A stretch of DNA of 64,000 bases, from NCBI RefSeq assembly GCF_006345805.1, contig NC_043001.1:39246001-39310000 (forward strand). Direction: 5' to 3'. A program made the translations under genes and the position numbers. Source of the stretch: Octopus sinensis (Eukaryota). Positions 39,117 through 52,299 of the stretch are shown here, piece after piece. The notes beneath the pieces were generated by a model. The model ran no database searches, was not told the DNA's origin, and saw nothing but the letters and a program-made list of their open reading frames with translations. Position 1 is the stretch's first letter. Each line of letters opens with the position of its first letter.

Positions 39117-39627
39117 TCTATATATATAAAACTGTAGTTGTGTGAGTGTCTGTCTCCTACGATTTAGATTCCTAACTCCTCCCACATTTTGCGGTGCAGT
39201 TTAACCAAATTCAGGTATCTTATAGTCGTGATTAATATCAAGCCCGTCTGGCTATTAGCGCACGTCTACGATGAGTCTACGATTTTAAAAATAATTTACA
39301 CTCATTTTTTATTCCATTTTAATGCATAATTTTTCGTGTGTCGATGCGGCGGAGTTGGCGTCCACGCTCAACACCTGCACCTGTTTTTGCTTCTCCCCTC
39401 TTCCCTCCCTCGTGAAGCGTTGGGGAAGGGAGTTTAGGAAATCAACGTCGTAATGCGTTGTCAAGGAGACCAGCGTTCTTTTAGAACACGACTTCATGGC
39501 TTGAAGACACCAAAACAGAAATGGCTAAGAAAGCCCGAATTGGCATCTATAAAGGAAGTAACTCTCTAAAAATGCTTATATAGTTATTTCCCTTACAAAC
39601 CCGAGCAACGCTGGGCGATACTGCTAG
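39117..39627 (+). mobile_element. Complete non-autonomous Helitron, 511 bp
   Basis: A|TCTATATATATAAAA 5' end; 3' hairpin cccgagc-aac-gctggg then CTAG|T; inserted between A and T with no TSD. Confidence 0.88.
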
Positions 39628-39749
39628 TTATATATATATTAATTGAATATATTCTTTTGCTTGTTTCACTAATTAGACCGTGGCCATGCAGATGCACCAC
39701 CTTGAAGTGTTCTGTCAAACAAACCGAATCCAGTACTTATTTTTAAACC

Positions 39750-41295
39750 TTCTGAGGTAGAAGTAGGGGTTCTCCAAGAATCAGTCCTCAGAACCCTCTC
39801 CTTCATCATAGTCCTAAAAACAATAACAAAGGAATTTAAGACAGGCTGCCCCTGGGAGCTCCTTTATACTGATGACCTTGCTCTGATAGCTGAGTCACTA
39901 CCAGAACTAGAGAAGTAAGGTCTAGAATTGAAGGGCCTTAGAGTTAACGTAGCAAAAACCAAGTCTTAGTAAATAGGAAGGCAGAAAAATCACAAATCCC
40001 TTCAGGTAGATGGCCCTGCTCGATGTGTAGAAAAGGTGTAGGTAGAAACTCCATAAAATGTACCCAATGTAAGCTATGGACACACAAGAGGTGCAACAAT
40101 ATCAAAAGAAAGTTAACTGGGAAGATAGTTTTTGTGTGTGGCAGATGCACAGGTGCTATAAACGCCAAAGATGTACAGAAAACAGATTCCATCACATACC
40201 AGGGGGAAAATCTAGAAGTAATTGATAGCTTGCCAAGTCAGTTGCAGGGGTGGATGCTCCGAGAGTGTAGTTCCTAGAATAAGAATAGCCTGGGCAAAGT
40301 TCAGAGAGCTACCCCTACTGATAACAAAGGCCTCTTGCTCAGAGTAAAAGGTAGACTGTATGATGCCTGTGTGTGAACAGCCATGCTACATGGCAGTGAG
40401 ACATGGTCTGTGACTGTTGGGGATATGAGTAGGCTTGAAAGAAATGAAGCTAGTATGCTCCATTGGGTGTGTAATGTCAGTGTGCAGACACAAAAGAGTG
40501 TAAGCCCCCTAAGAGAAAAATTGAACTTAAGAAGCATCAGATATGGTGTGCAAGAGAGACAGCTGCACTGGTGATGTGTATGGATGAGGACAGCTGTGTG
40601 AAGAAATGTCACTCCCTAAGAGTGGAAGAAGTAGATCCAGGAGGACATGGGACGAGGTGGTGAAGCACAACCTTCACGATGTTGGGTCTACAGAAACAAT
40701 GGCAAATGACAGATCTTTGGAGATATGCCGTGCTTGAGAAGACCAGTAAGGTAAGTGAGATTGTAGTCATGGCTAATGCCAGTGTAGCATAACTGGCCTG
40801 TTTAAAAAAGCACTCTCCAATTGTTGGGCAATATACCATGTTTGTGAAGACCTGTTGAACCAAGTGAAATTGTAGTTGTGGCCAATGCCAGTGCCATTTG
40901 ACTGGCACCTGTGTTGGTGGCATGTAAAAATCACCATCTAAGTATGGCTGATGCCAGTGTCGCCTGACTAGCACCCATGCCAGTGGCACGTAAAAAGCAC
41001 CATTTGAACATGACCAATGACAGTGCCACCTTATGGCAACCATGCCGGTGGCACTAAAATAAGCATCACTCGAGCATGGCTGATGTCAGTACTGCCTGAC
41101 TGGCTCCTGTACCAATGACACATAAAAGTACCCGCTACACACTCAAAGTGGTTGGCGTTAGGAAGGGCATCCAGCTGTAGAAACCTTGCCAAATCAGATT
41201 GGAGCCTGGTGCAGCCTCTCAGCTTGCCAGTTCTCAGTCAAACCATCCAAACCATGTTGGCATGGAAAGTAGATGTTAAGTGATGATGATGATGT
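39750..41295 (+). mobile_element. 5'-truncated RTE LINE (RT C-terminal part plus 3' UTR)
   Basis: GCPWELLYTDDLAL, WPCSMCRKGVGRNSIKCTQC, LHGSETW; (GAT)n end at 41281-41294. Confidence 0.92.
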
Positions 41296-42545
41296 ACTTG
41301 TACTATCAGTTTCTTTCTTCTGAACTGTTAAGTTATGGGGATGTAAACAAACCAATACCAGTTGTCAAGTGGTTGTAAAGGACAAACACAAACACAATGA
41401 GATGCACACATAGATATATACATACATAATTGACAAGTTTCTATTTCCATCTATGAAATCCCCTCATAAGAATTTGGTGAGCCTTGGGTTATAATAAAAG
41501 GCACTTACCCAAAGTACCATGTAGTGAAGCTGAACCTAGAAACTAAGAATAGTAATGTCCAGATACTTCTTTTCCATTATGCCAAATTCATTGCTTCTAA
41601 ATAACTGGTCCACAAGAAGACAGCTATTACAGACATCATGTTCAATATCTTAATAACGAACTTGGTAAGAGTGATGAGGAATGTGTCCTGCATGTGTGAC
41701 TCAAAGGAATTGGAAAGACACTGACATTACTTCATCCACCACATGCAATTCTCTGACTACAACCAAAGGGAGAGGATAAGAATGTACAAAGGAGCCAGGG
41801 CTAAGAACAAGGTTATTATAGTGATAATGGGATCTGTCTGCTATAGAGGAGTAAATCCTGGAGCAGCACAGGATTATGACTATAAAAAATATCAGTGTCA
41901 TGTTTGCTGATGCTGGTGCCAAAGTAGCATAACTTTTTAGAAAAGCATTAGATAAGGTAAATCTACAGATTAAAGTATTAGAAAAGCTAAGAACCCCCAT
42001 AAAACCCCTGACCTGTTGAACTGAGCCTCAACAGAAAACATGAATGGAACAATAACACCTCCCCCTGCCATCACACTACACAACATGACAACTATAGACA
42101 GATGGGGAAAAACAGATACAGATACAAAAGGATAATGCACACACGAAAGACAAACATGCACACATGATGAAATATAAGAAATAAGGATAAATATGTAAAC
42201 AAAAAACTATATAAAGGGCACAGATACAAACAATATAATAAACAAGCCCAAATCCATACACACAAATACACAGTAACTTCACAAGCTGCTACAACAGCAA
42301 ACAATAACAACATGAATGAACACACACACAGAGAAATACAAGAACAATTTCAAAATAAGAGTCAAGAACAGCAGCAACATAAGTGAAACTGTAGGTGAGG
42401 GGAGGGTCAACATACTAAATATTGGTACCATTAAGAACAAGGACAATAATAGCAACAACAATTATATAAAGGGCATGGATACAAACTATATAGTAAGCAA
42501 ATCCATATACACATACAAAACACATAGATACATGTACACACATGC

Positions 42546-42584
<39 letters not shown>

Positions 42585-43610
42585 TGCAAAAGCATGCACA
42601 GATAAGGATACACATCATAGAAAGACACAAAATGGACTAAACAGAAAAGGAGGATACACATGGATGGAAAAGTCACTGGAGAGGTCACAGATGTGGAATG
42701 AAATATTTCAAACAATGGACATAAGGATAAATAAGAACAATAGGAAAGGAGTGAAGAACAAATATATAGTGTGTGTGTTTATTTGGCAAGAAAAAATGAC
42801 CACCCTGAAGTAGAAATATATTATATATATATATATGTCATTGGTATGGAGTCTGTGGAAGCAAGGGAAGCAATGCTTCCTTAAAAAATTATAGAAACAA
42901 AATTGAAACTATATTACTTATTTTTAATAAGATCTTTCTTCTAATGTTCTATAAAATTAATATATACGACATGACATCATTGGCTTCAGACTTTTATTGT
43001 TGGAAATAGCATGAGACAACAAGCAGTGACAGATGATGCAACAAAAATTTGTGCAAGGGAAGCAACATGGCTGTTGTATCTTTTCGGTGTAATATTTTAA
43101 ACATTTTTTCTGATAAAAATGCCTCAAAGACAGTTTTTTCTAGTAAGAGCTGATAACAAATAGTTTTAGATGCTAATAAAATACTTATATGCTTAGATTA
43201 AGTTTCTGTCAATTCACAATGCCTATGATATATATAATCTTCCGTTGTGATGTAACACTTATATAGGAAAAAGGAAGCCAGTTGACATTCTACTTCCATC
43301 AGAAAAAATGGTGTAAAGATAATGCGCATAGTTTTCTACATTTATTCAACTAATATTTTATACTTTTTCAAATTACAGAACATCCTTAATATAGAATGTG
43401 ATTAAAAAAAGTTTTTTTAAATAGCTGTATATGAATATGTCTATTTGATTTAAATATCAATGTGACAGAAAATTTTTGTCATTGCTTCCCCAGCCAGAAA
43501 GATCCCTGCATGTCCCTGTTATTTACATATATATATGTGTGTGTATAGATAGATGACTAGATAGATAATAGAGAGAGAGAGAAAACACTCAGATAGAAAC
43601 ATATATATAT

Positions 43611-43992
43611 ATAAAATATTAGAAAAAACTCCACCTTTTATCAATTCAAAATGAACAATTAAATTAAACCATTTAGAAAATTACATATAATAGAAAAGTT
43701 AAATTAAAATAACATAAAATGTAAAGATTAATAAATTGCAAAAATAATAGCGACTATATTTTATATCGAAGTGATTTCTCTACTACTCTAATCATTTCTT
43801 AAATATAGCCATGAAATACGTGTCGTTTTTCTACCTATTATATACGTTTTTATTATTATTTTTGCAATTACTTAATCGTTACATTTTATTGTTATTTTAA
43901 TTTTAACTTTTCTATTATATGTAATTTTCTGATGGTGTAATTTAATTGTTGATTTTGAATTGATAAAAGGTGGTTTTTTTCTAATTTTTTTA
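43611..43992. mobile_element. AT-rich MITE with ~140 bp terminal inverted repeats, within (TA)n
   Basis: ttagaaaaaactccaccttttatcaattcaaaatgaacaattaaatta... at 43619 is the reverse complement of ...taatttaattgttgattttgaattgataaaaggtggtttttttctaa at 43938-43984. Confidence 0.8.
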
Positions 43993-44169
43993 TATATATA
44001 TATATATTGAGTGAAATTTGATTTAGTATTTCTGAATTGAATTTTTTTCCTTGTAAGTATGGATTTTATTCCCTCAAATAATGATTATATATATATATAT
44101 ATATTTACATAGATTTAGATATATAAATATATACATATGCACACATGTACGTGTGTGTGTGTGTGATTA

Positions 44170-44850
44170 TTAAGTTTTATTTCAAGACTTTATACTTAAA
44201 TGGTAGACTTCTGGAAAGTTTTACAAATTTTTAAAGTTCCACTGATGGCTCGTATTTGTAGTCTTTGAATCAGCTTTTTCCGATCTGGTTTTGAGAAGCC
44301 TGATTTCTCAAGATTGGTACTTAGACAGTGTATTACATAACCTAATATCCCAATAATTACAGGTATAAACCTAAACTTGTAATCTGAATAGAATAACTGT
44401 AGATTTCTTGATAGTTCAGCATAGGTATTTTCATTTTCACTGATCTTTAGCGTTATGTTAACATCTACTAGGCAGATGATTTCTATTACAGTACACAGTT
44501 TCTCTTCTCTGTCCCAAATCACTATGTTAGGTCTATTATGTTTACATTTTATTGAGGTTTTCAGTAGGACATTCCACTTGTACTCCTTCTCATTATGACT
44601 GTCTATGCCCTCTACCATACTGTGGGTTTTTATTTCTTTGACCTCAGAGTTATCCATCCGGTGGTTCTCATTGTAGAGTGTCCTGGCTACAGTATGATGT
44701 CTTATCAGCAGATAATACCCTGGTGACAATTTTAGACGATTGCTTATGATGTTAACTCTACAAGGTCTGCATCAGTTATCACATTTTGGTGTTTTCCCTA
44801 CATCTCTCTCCCGTTTGTGCATCAGGTATTTGGTTGATATTTCTTGTTCA
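44170..44850 (-). mobile_element. R4/Dong-clade LINE 3' fragment (restriction-like endonuclease domain)
   Basis: ORF 44196..44729: RHHTVA...HNRPNIVIWD...EIICLVD..K..Y..L...FIPVIIGILG, a PD-(D/E)xK-type RLE domain. Confidence 0.9.
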
Positions 44851-45089
44851 TGGATTGCAAATGTGTATGTATGTATGCATGTATGTATGTCATTGTTCAG
44901 TTTTATTTAAAGATTCTTGTCAATAAAGTGTTGGTTTCTAACCTAAATTCAAGGCTGCTTCATCGGAATTTCAACATCAACAACAGGATCTATTTTTTGG
45001 GATGTATGTATGTATATGTGCAGATTTGTTACCTTTTGCTTTATGTATGTATTTTCATGCAAATAGTTGCATATCTAAACATGCTCATA

Positions 45090-46745
45090 TATATTTAAAT
45101 GCTAAACTTCTGGAAAGTTTTACAAATTTTTACAGTTCTAGTGATGGACTGGAACAGTAGTCATCGAACTAGCTTTCTGCTTTCTGGTTTTGAGAAGCCT
45201 AATTTCTCAAGATTGGTATTTAGGCAGTGTGTTACATATCCCAGGGCCCTAATAATTACAGGTATAAACCTGAACTTGCAATTTGGATAGAGTAACTGCA
45301 GATTTCTCAATAGTTCAGCATAAGTATTCTCTTTTTCACTGATCTTCAGCTTTATGTGCACAGTCCTCTTCTTAATCCCAAATCATTATATCAGGTCCGT
45401 TGTACTTACATTTTACAGGGACATTCCACCTGTACTCCCTTTTTTTATGAGTGGCTTTGGCTTCTACCATACTGTGGGTTCTTATTTCTTTATCCTTGAG
45501 ATTATCCTTCAGACGGATTTCATTATAGGGTGTCCTAGCTACAAGATCATGTCTCATCAGTAGATGTTTGGACAACTACTTATGATGCGGGTGATATCTT
45601 TGGTGTTAACTCCACTAAGTCTGCATCAGTTGTCACATTTTATTGCTTTTCTTGCATGTCTATCCCTTTTGTGCATCAGGTACCTGATTGATATTTCCTG
45701 TTCCTGGATTACAAATGCATACCTTCAGAGTGGAAGGTAATAATCTGATTATTGGCCCATGATAAACTGCTATGACAATCGATGTTACCATAATCTCAGA
45801 GCTTTCTACTAATATATACATGCATAGCCTTCTGCTCATATAAGCTCATCCTTTTATCTGATATGTTGCAGTAGAGTCATGTGACTTCTTTGGGCATGTA
45901 TTCTAGGTTATCGAACAAAGAACGTTGCTCAAGGAGCTGCCTTTCAAGTCTTATGATGTTATTAGCCTCATGTATGCAAACCTGGTCAAGGGATGCACTT
46001 TGACACTTGGTGGTTAAAAGATGTTGCTGAAGGGATTTGATATGACATTCAAAGGCATTTTGGATCAATGTTAAACCTCTACTGCCTTGTTTTTGTTTTA
46101 GGTAGAGGTGATCTACGTCACTGTTTATGTGAAAATTATGTGTGCTTGTTAGTATTTTTCAGGTTTTCACATCAATGACTCAGATTTCATCAATCGTCTG
46201 ATCAATCAGCCCAAATGTTGGTATGATTACCAGCAATGCAAATACGTTGTGGGCCACTGCTTTATTGAATGCAGAGAGTTCTGAGGTCCAAATTGTCTTT
46301 ATTCAGCTGTAATATTCTTCAGTGACACATGTTTTGTTACAAGTGCCATTGTAAGATATGTTTTCATCCACCCCTAAACACCTGTAACATTCCTCATCAG
46401 ATATAGGAGAAACACCCAAATCATTGAAGATGTTATTAGTCTGGTTTATAGTTTTCCCCCTTTTCACAGCCACATAAATGCATTTATCTTGACCAAACTC
46501 CAAGTCTATATTGTTTGAGAATGTTGCAACTACATCAAGGCTCTTTTTCATCTCATGTATATTCTTTGCATAAAGTTTCAAGTCATCCATAAAGAAACGG
46601 TGTATAATTTTGATATTTCTGTTTCCTCGTGAACCAGTGAAATATCCTTCAGAATTCTTTAACATGAATGACAAGGAGTTTACAGAAAGTATTAACAACA
46701 TCACAGAGACGTCTTTGCAATACTGTACTCTATCAGTCATAATAT
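45090..46745 (-). mobile_element. Second R4/Dong-clade LINE fragment (RT + CCHC + RLE)
   Basis: HRFFMDDLKLYAKN..FGQDKC, RHDLVAR and GPDIMIWD. Confidence 0.9.
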
Positions 46746-47464
46746 CCTTTTACTCTTTTATTCTTCTATTTGTTTCAGTCATTTGAATTCAGCCATGCTG
46801 GAGCACTACCTTTAGTCGAATAAATCAACCCCAGTACTTATTCTTTGTAAGCCTGGTACTTATTCTATCAGTCTCTTTTTGCCAAACTGCTAAATGATAG
46901 GGACATAAACACACCAACATCGGTTGTCAAACGATGGTGGGGGGATAAACACAGACACAAACAACAAACACATACATACATATACATATATATATATATA
47001 TCATCATCATCATCATCGTTTAACGTCCGTTTTCCGCGCTAGCACGGGTTGGACGGTTTCGACCGGGGTCTGGGGAGCCAGGGGCTGCCCCAGGCTCCAG
47101 TCTGGTCTGGCAGTGTTTCTACAGCTGGATACCCTTCCTAACGCCAACCACTCCGCGAGTGTAGTGGGTGCTTTTTACGTGCCACCTGCACAGGTGCCAG
47201 AGGGGTCTGGCATCGGCCACGGTCAGTTGGTGCTTTTTATGTGCCACCTGCACAGAAGCCAGTCGGGGCGGTGCTGGCATCAGCCACGTTCGGATGGTGC
47301 TTTTTATGTGGGGGGGGGAGGGTGCAGAAATATAGGGGAGCACCAGTGGGGAGGGGTGTTCGGAGAAACGATGACAGGTTCTAGACAAGTAGAACGTAGG
47401 ATATCACGAGAGGGTAATGCATGGTGAAATAGCGTATTGAAAAGGGGGGTTCGAAGAGTAGACA

Positions 47465-47543
<79 letters not shown>

Positions 47544-47700
47544 GATAGGTTTCTTTCAGTTTCTGTCTACCAAATCCACTCACAAGGCTTTGGTTGGCCT
47601 GAGGCTGTAGTAGAAGACACTTACCTAAGGTGCCACACAGTGAGACTGAACTCAGAACCATGTGGTTGGAAAGCAAGCTTCTTACCACACAGCCACTCCT
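46745..47700 (-). mobile_element. SINE fragments, RTE 3' UTR fragment (46998-47310) and (TA)n
   Basis: catcatcatcgtttaacgtccgttttccgcgctagc; SINE bodies as seen elsewhere in the window. Confidence 0.75.
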
Positions 47701-48795
47701 GTGTCTATAATATGATCACTCATTGTGTTTAATTTCAAGATGGTAGCCCATGATGAAGTCAGGTCAGCTATGACTGTATGAATGCATGTATGTCATTATT
47801 CTGTTTTATTTCAAGATTTCTTGCCAATAGAGAAAGAGCTGCTTTCTAGCCTAAATCCAAAGCTCCTTCACTAGAATTTCAACAATATCAACAGGGTATT
47901 TTTGTATGCATGCATGTATGCATATGTGCAAATTTGTATAACTTGTTTTATGTATATATTCTCATGCATACAGTTGCATGTCTCAAAATACTCATCTATA
48001 CTTAAATGATAAACTTCTAGGAAGTTTCTAGGAAGTTTGGATCTGTAGTCTTCGAATGAACTTTCTCCTTTCTGGTTTTGAGAAGCCTTATTTCTCAAGA
48101 TTTGAATTTAGACAGTGTGTTACATATCCCATGTATGTATGTACGTACGTACCAATACATACATACATGCATACATATGTATATACATATGTATATATAT
48201 ATATATATAGGAGATAAATAAAAATATATGCATACATACAAACATATATGTACGTACCTACATCTACATGTATATATACATGCATATATAAATAATTATA
48301 CGGGAGTACAGGACATCACAAAAAGACGTAGAAACGGAAAAAGCCAAAAAACAAAAAACAAGAAAACGGGAAAACGAAGAACAAGAAAACGAAAAACAAA
48401 TACAGGACGAGCTACACAAGGACCAAACCCCGTCCATCAGCTGTCGCTAGAGGAGTCGGGCATGTTTCGAAGGCATAACAGAACACTAATCCAATAGGCC
48501 TTCCTGCGAGAGAATTAAAATAAAATTTCAAGCAGCGGGGCAAAATGAGTACGAACACAAACAAGACGTAACAATAAGACTGCAAAATTAAAATACATGT
48601 ACAAAACCAAACACAAGAGGACGAACGAAAAAGCCTTTTTTCTGGCATAGACAAACGATAAAACTGCAAAAATAAAAATACATGTACAAAAAGTACAATT
48701 AGTTACAAAATGAGAAAATAACAAGAATACTATACAGGAAATCAACCACACAAGGGGACGAACGAAGAAGCCTTTTGCTGGCAAGGACGAAAGTG

Positions 48796-48829
<34 letters not shown>

Positions 48830-48839
<10 letters not shown>

Positions 48840-49620
48840 AGGATGTGTGTCTGTCTGTCTGTCTGTGTGTTTCCCTAAAACTTGAGAACTACACAACCAA
48901 TTTCATTCAAATTTTACACATGCCTTACTTAGGGTCCATGTAGTTTCATGGGCAAAAAAATGTTCAACTTCATGCCTAGAGCGAGCCTGTAGCAATATCT
49001 TCTCTACTATTTCAGTATTACGTGTTAAAAGTGAAACAAAAACATTTCTCTACTTTATGTCAGATACTTTCACTTTAACAATAAAAATAATAATAACAAT
49101 TGAATTATATGTAGTAAGCAATAATTAAAATCAAACTAAAGTATAATATAATCGTAACATAACAAAAGTAAAAATAGCAATTGGTATAAAATTGCATCAA
49201 TGACTTGAACTTGAATAAGTGGTTTCACATGAATGGAAATAAATTAAAAATAAAATTAGCGTGCAGAAATGGAATAGTCCAGATGTTATTATTATTACTG
49301 TTTAACTATTGTTATCACGTTTGTTGGTTCCTCATAAAGGAAATATTGTTGTGTTGCATTTGTTAAATAATTGTAAACTGTAATCCTCCCCCTTTGGGAG
49401 AAGGAGCTTTGGTTATTGTTTAAAATTTGAATTGTGTCCCTGTTTGGGGAAATTGACAATATTTTCACCGTTTACACGGAAGCATTTTTGTTAGAATGCC
49501 TTCGATAGAAGAAAGTCCAAAAATGAATTTCGCTGCAGCTGTCGGTGGACGCGAACTCATTGAAATTAAAATGGAAGAAATACGGATTGATCACTGACAA
49601 AGACGGTAAATCTAGGATCA
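48830..49620 (+). mobile_element. Helitron-associated non-autonomous element, 5' part
   Basis: Starts tatatataaaatgaggatgtgtgtctgtctgtc...caaccaatttcattcaaattttacacatg, resembling DINE/Helitron-type heads. 3' end not identified. Confidence 0.45.
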
Positions 49621-50886
49621 CACCACCAAACGAAATAAAAAATTAAATTAAAGAAAAGACTATTGTCTATAAAGTATACAATGTAGAGAAAAAAAAAAGA
49701 TTTGAACACCTGGAGGAAAGCACCATCGAAAAGCGTCTGGGGCGACTATGAAAGATATCTAACTAGAGGCGGTAAGTTCGCCACAATAGAAGCAAGGTTC
49801 GAGTTAACGGAGCGTGCAAGGGAGCACTCGACTTGAACCTTGCAAAGTGGAAATATTTTATTTTTACCTTTATATCTGGGACGTAGGACGTCCCGGATAA
49901 AAATTTAAAATGTCCCCCAAGAAGTAGAGGTAGGCTGGATTGTAGCCACACTTCTATACAAGAGGGAGTACAAGATACAATTGATCGAAATTGCAAGATA
50001 CGGGCCTACAATTCCAGTCTGTTATATATTTTGAGTATTGTTATCACTAGTGATATCAAGATATAACTTTGTATTTTGTATTTTATGTGTAGATGTATAT
50101 ATATAGATAGATGTACATGTAATATGTACACATATATATATACATATATATACATGCACTAGGACTATGACCATGCTAGCATGGAAAGCAGACGCTAAAC
50201 AATGATGATGATGATGATGATTTTTGTATTCATATTCGTGTAACACCATCTGTTTTTCCGTCCTTGTTTTGTATACATTCAAAGCTTTTTTCCAAGGAAT
50301 CTAATGCGATTAGCTTAGTTTTTCCTAGGGGCTGGCCAGATTGGAGCAATCTAAAGATTAATCAGCCAAAATTGCGAGAATGATCCGGCTCTTGACTGAA
50401 GATTGAAGGCTTCGAATGTCTCGTCCGTGTTTTTTGTATCACCTTCTAAATGTTTTGCGTTCTTGTCCCAGTTTGTATTTTTTTATATATATATGTATGC
50501 ATATACATATATATATACAAATGTATGTATGCATATACATATATATATACATATGTATGTATGCATATACATATATATATACACATATGTATGTATGTAT
50601 GCATATACGTATGTATGCATATATGTATGTATTGGTCGAGTCATTTTCTTGTTACTCTAGAAATTCATCCATGTGCACTAAATGGCAAAACCCCTGAGTA
50701 GCAAGGGACTGACTTGATCCAAATGAAATATATTAAATCCCTACTATTGTACTTCCAACACTCAACACTAACAGCATGATTCACACACACACAGATTTCA
50801 ATGTCTATTTAACCACGTCAGGTAGAGGAGTTTTAAGACTATATATCTCATATAATTAACAAACCTTTATAATGTGTAAACATCCA

Positions 50887-50992
50887 ACCTCTTATTTTTG
50901 TGGCATTTTATAAGCAAGAAGCCCCACAATTTTAATAATAATATACAGTTCCTACACTGCAACCAATAATCATTCCACAAGAGTTCCATATT
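50887..50992 (-). pseudogene. Frameshifted duplicate of the transmembrane exon (probably an assembly artefact)
   Basis: Same sequence as 52045-52149 but with several 1-2 bp indels that break the frame. Lies in the first copy of the 49951-52270 tandem duplication. Boundaries approximate. Confidence 0.7.
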
Positions 50993-52044
50993 TCTGAAAA
51001 GATATATTAAAAGACTTTGCATTATTACATTAATAAGATAAAGGTTATGAAAATTTTTCAAATTATTGTCTTGTATTGTAAGGTCATAGACACTGGGATA
51101 CACAGTTCAACTTCTATACCAAGAGGGAGTACAAGATACAATTGATCGAAATTGCAAGATACGGGCCTACAATTCCAGTCTGTTATATCTTTTGAGTATT
51201 GATCACTAGTGATATCAAGAGAAAACTTTGTATTTTGTATTTTATGTGTAGATGTATATATATAGATAGATGTACATGTAATATGTACACAATATATAAC
51301 ATAGATATACTGCATAGGACATGACCATGCTAGCATGGAAAGCAGACGCTAAACAATGATGATGATGATGATGATTTTTGTATTCATATTCGTGTAAACA
51401 CCATCTGTTTTTCCGTCCTTGTTTTGTATACATTCAAAGCTTTTTTTCCAAGGAATCTAATGCGATTAGCTTAGTTTTTCCTAGGGGCTGGCCAGATTGA
51501 GCAATCTAAATTAATCAGCCAAAATTGCGAGAATGATCCGGCTCTTGACTGAAGATTGAAGGCTTCGAATGTCTCGTTCGTGTTTTTTGTATCACCTTCT
51601 AAATGTTTGCGTTCTTTGTCCCAGTTTGTATTTTTTTATTTATCATGTATGCATATACATATATATATACAAATGTATGTATGCATATACATATATATAC
51701 ATTGTATGTATGCATATACATATATATATACACATATGTATGTATGTATGCATATACGTATGTATGCATATATGTATGTATTGGTCGAGTCATTTTCTTG
51801 TTACTCTAGAAATTCATCCATGTGCACTAAATGGCAAAACCCCTGAGTAGCAAGGGACTGACTTGATCCAAATGAAATATATTAAATCCCTACTATTGTA
51901 CTTCCAACACTCAACACTAACAGCATAGATTCACACACACACACAAATTTCAATGTCTATTTAACCACAGTCAGGTAGAGGAGTTTTAAGACTATATATC
52001 TCAATATAATTAACAAACCTTTATAATGTGTAAAACATACCAAC

Positions 52045-52149
52045 CTCTTATTTTGTGGCATTTATAAGCAAGAAGCCCCACAATTATTAATAATAATACA
52101 GTTCCTACACTGCAACCAATAATCATTCCCAAAGAGAGTTCCATAATTT
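52045..52149 (-). CDS. Transmembrane exon (phase 1-1, 105 bp)
   Basis: Acceptor tatatcttttcag and donor AGAG|GTTGGT. Encodes (E)IMELSLGMIIGCSVGTVLLLIIVGLLAYKCHKIR, a hydrophobic helix followed by a basic stop-transfer segment. Joins in frame to the 56242 exon. Confidence 0.85.
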
Positions 52150-52299
52150 CTGAAAAGATATATTAAAAAGACTTTGCATTATTACATTAATAAGATAAAA
52201 GGTTATGAAGAATTTTTCAAAAATTATTGTCTTGTATTGTAAGGTCAATAGACACTGGGATACACAGTTGCTGCTGAAAACTTCAAAAACAATAAAAAT

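Larger units (their letters stand above)
49951..52270. repeat. ~1.16 kb tandem duplication (49951-51106, 51110-52270), probably an unmerged contig overlap
   Basis: Both copies run from cttctatac(c)aagagggag to gggatacacagtt and differ mainly by 1-2 bp indels. Confidence 0.9.
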
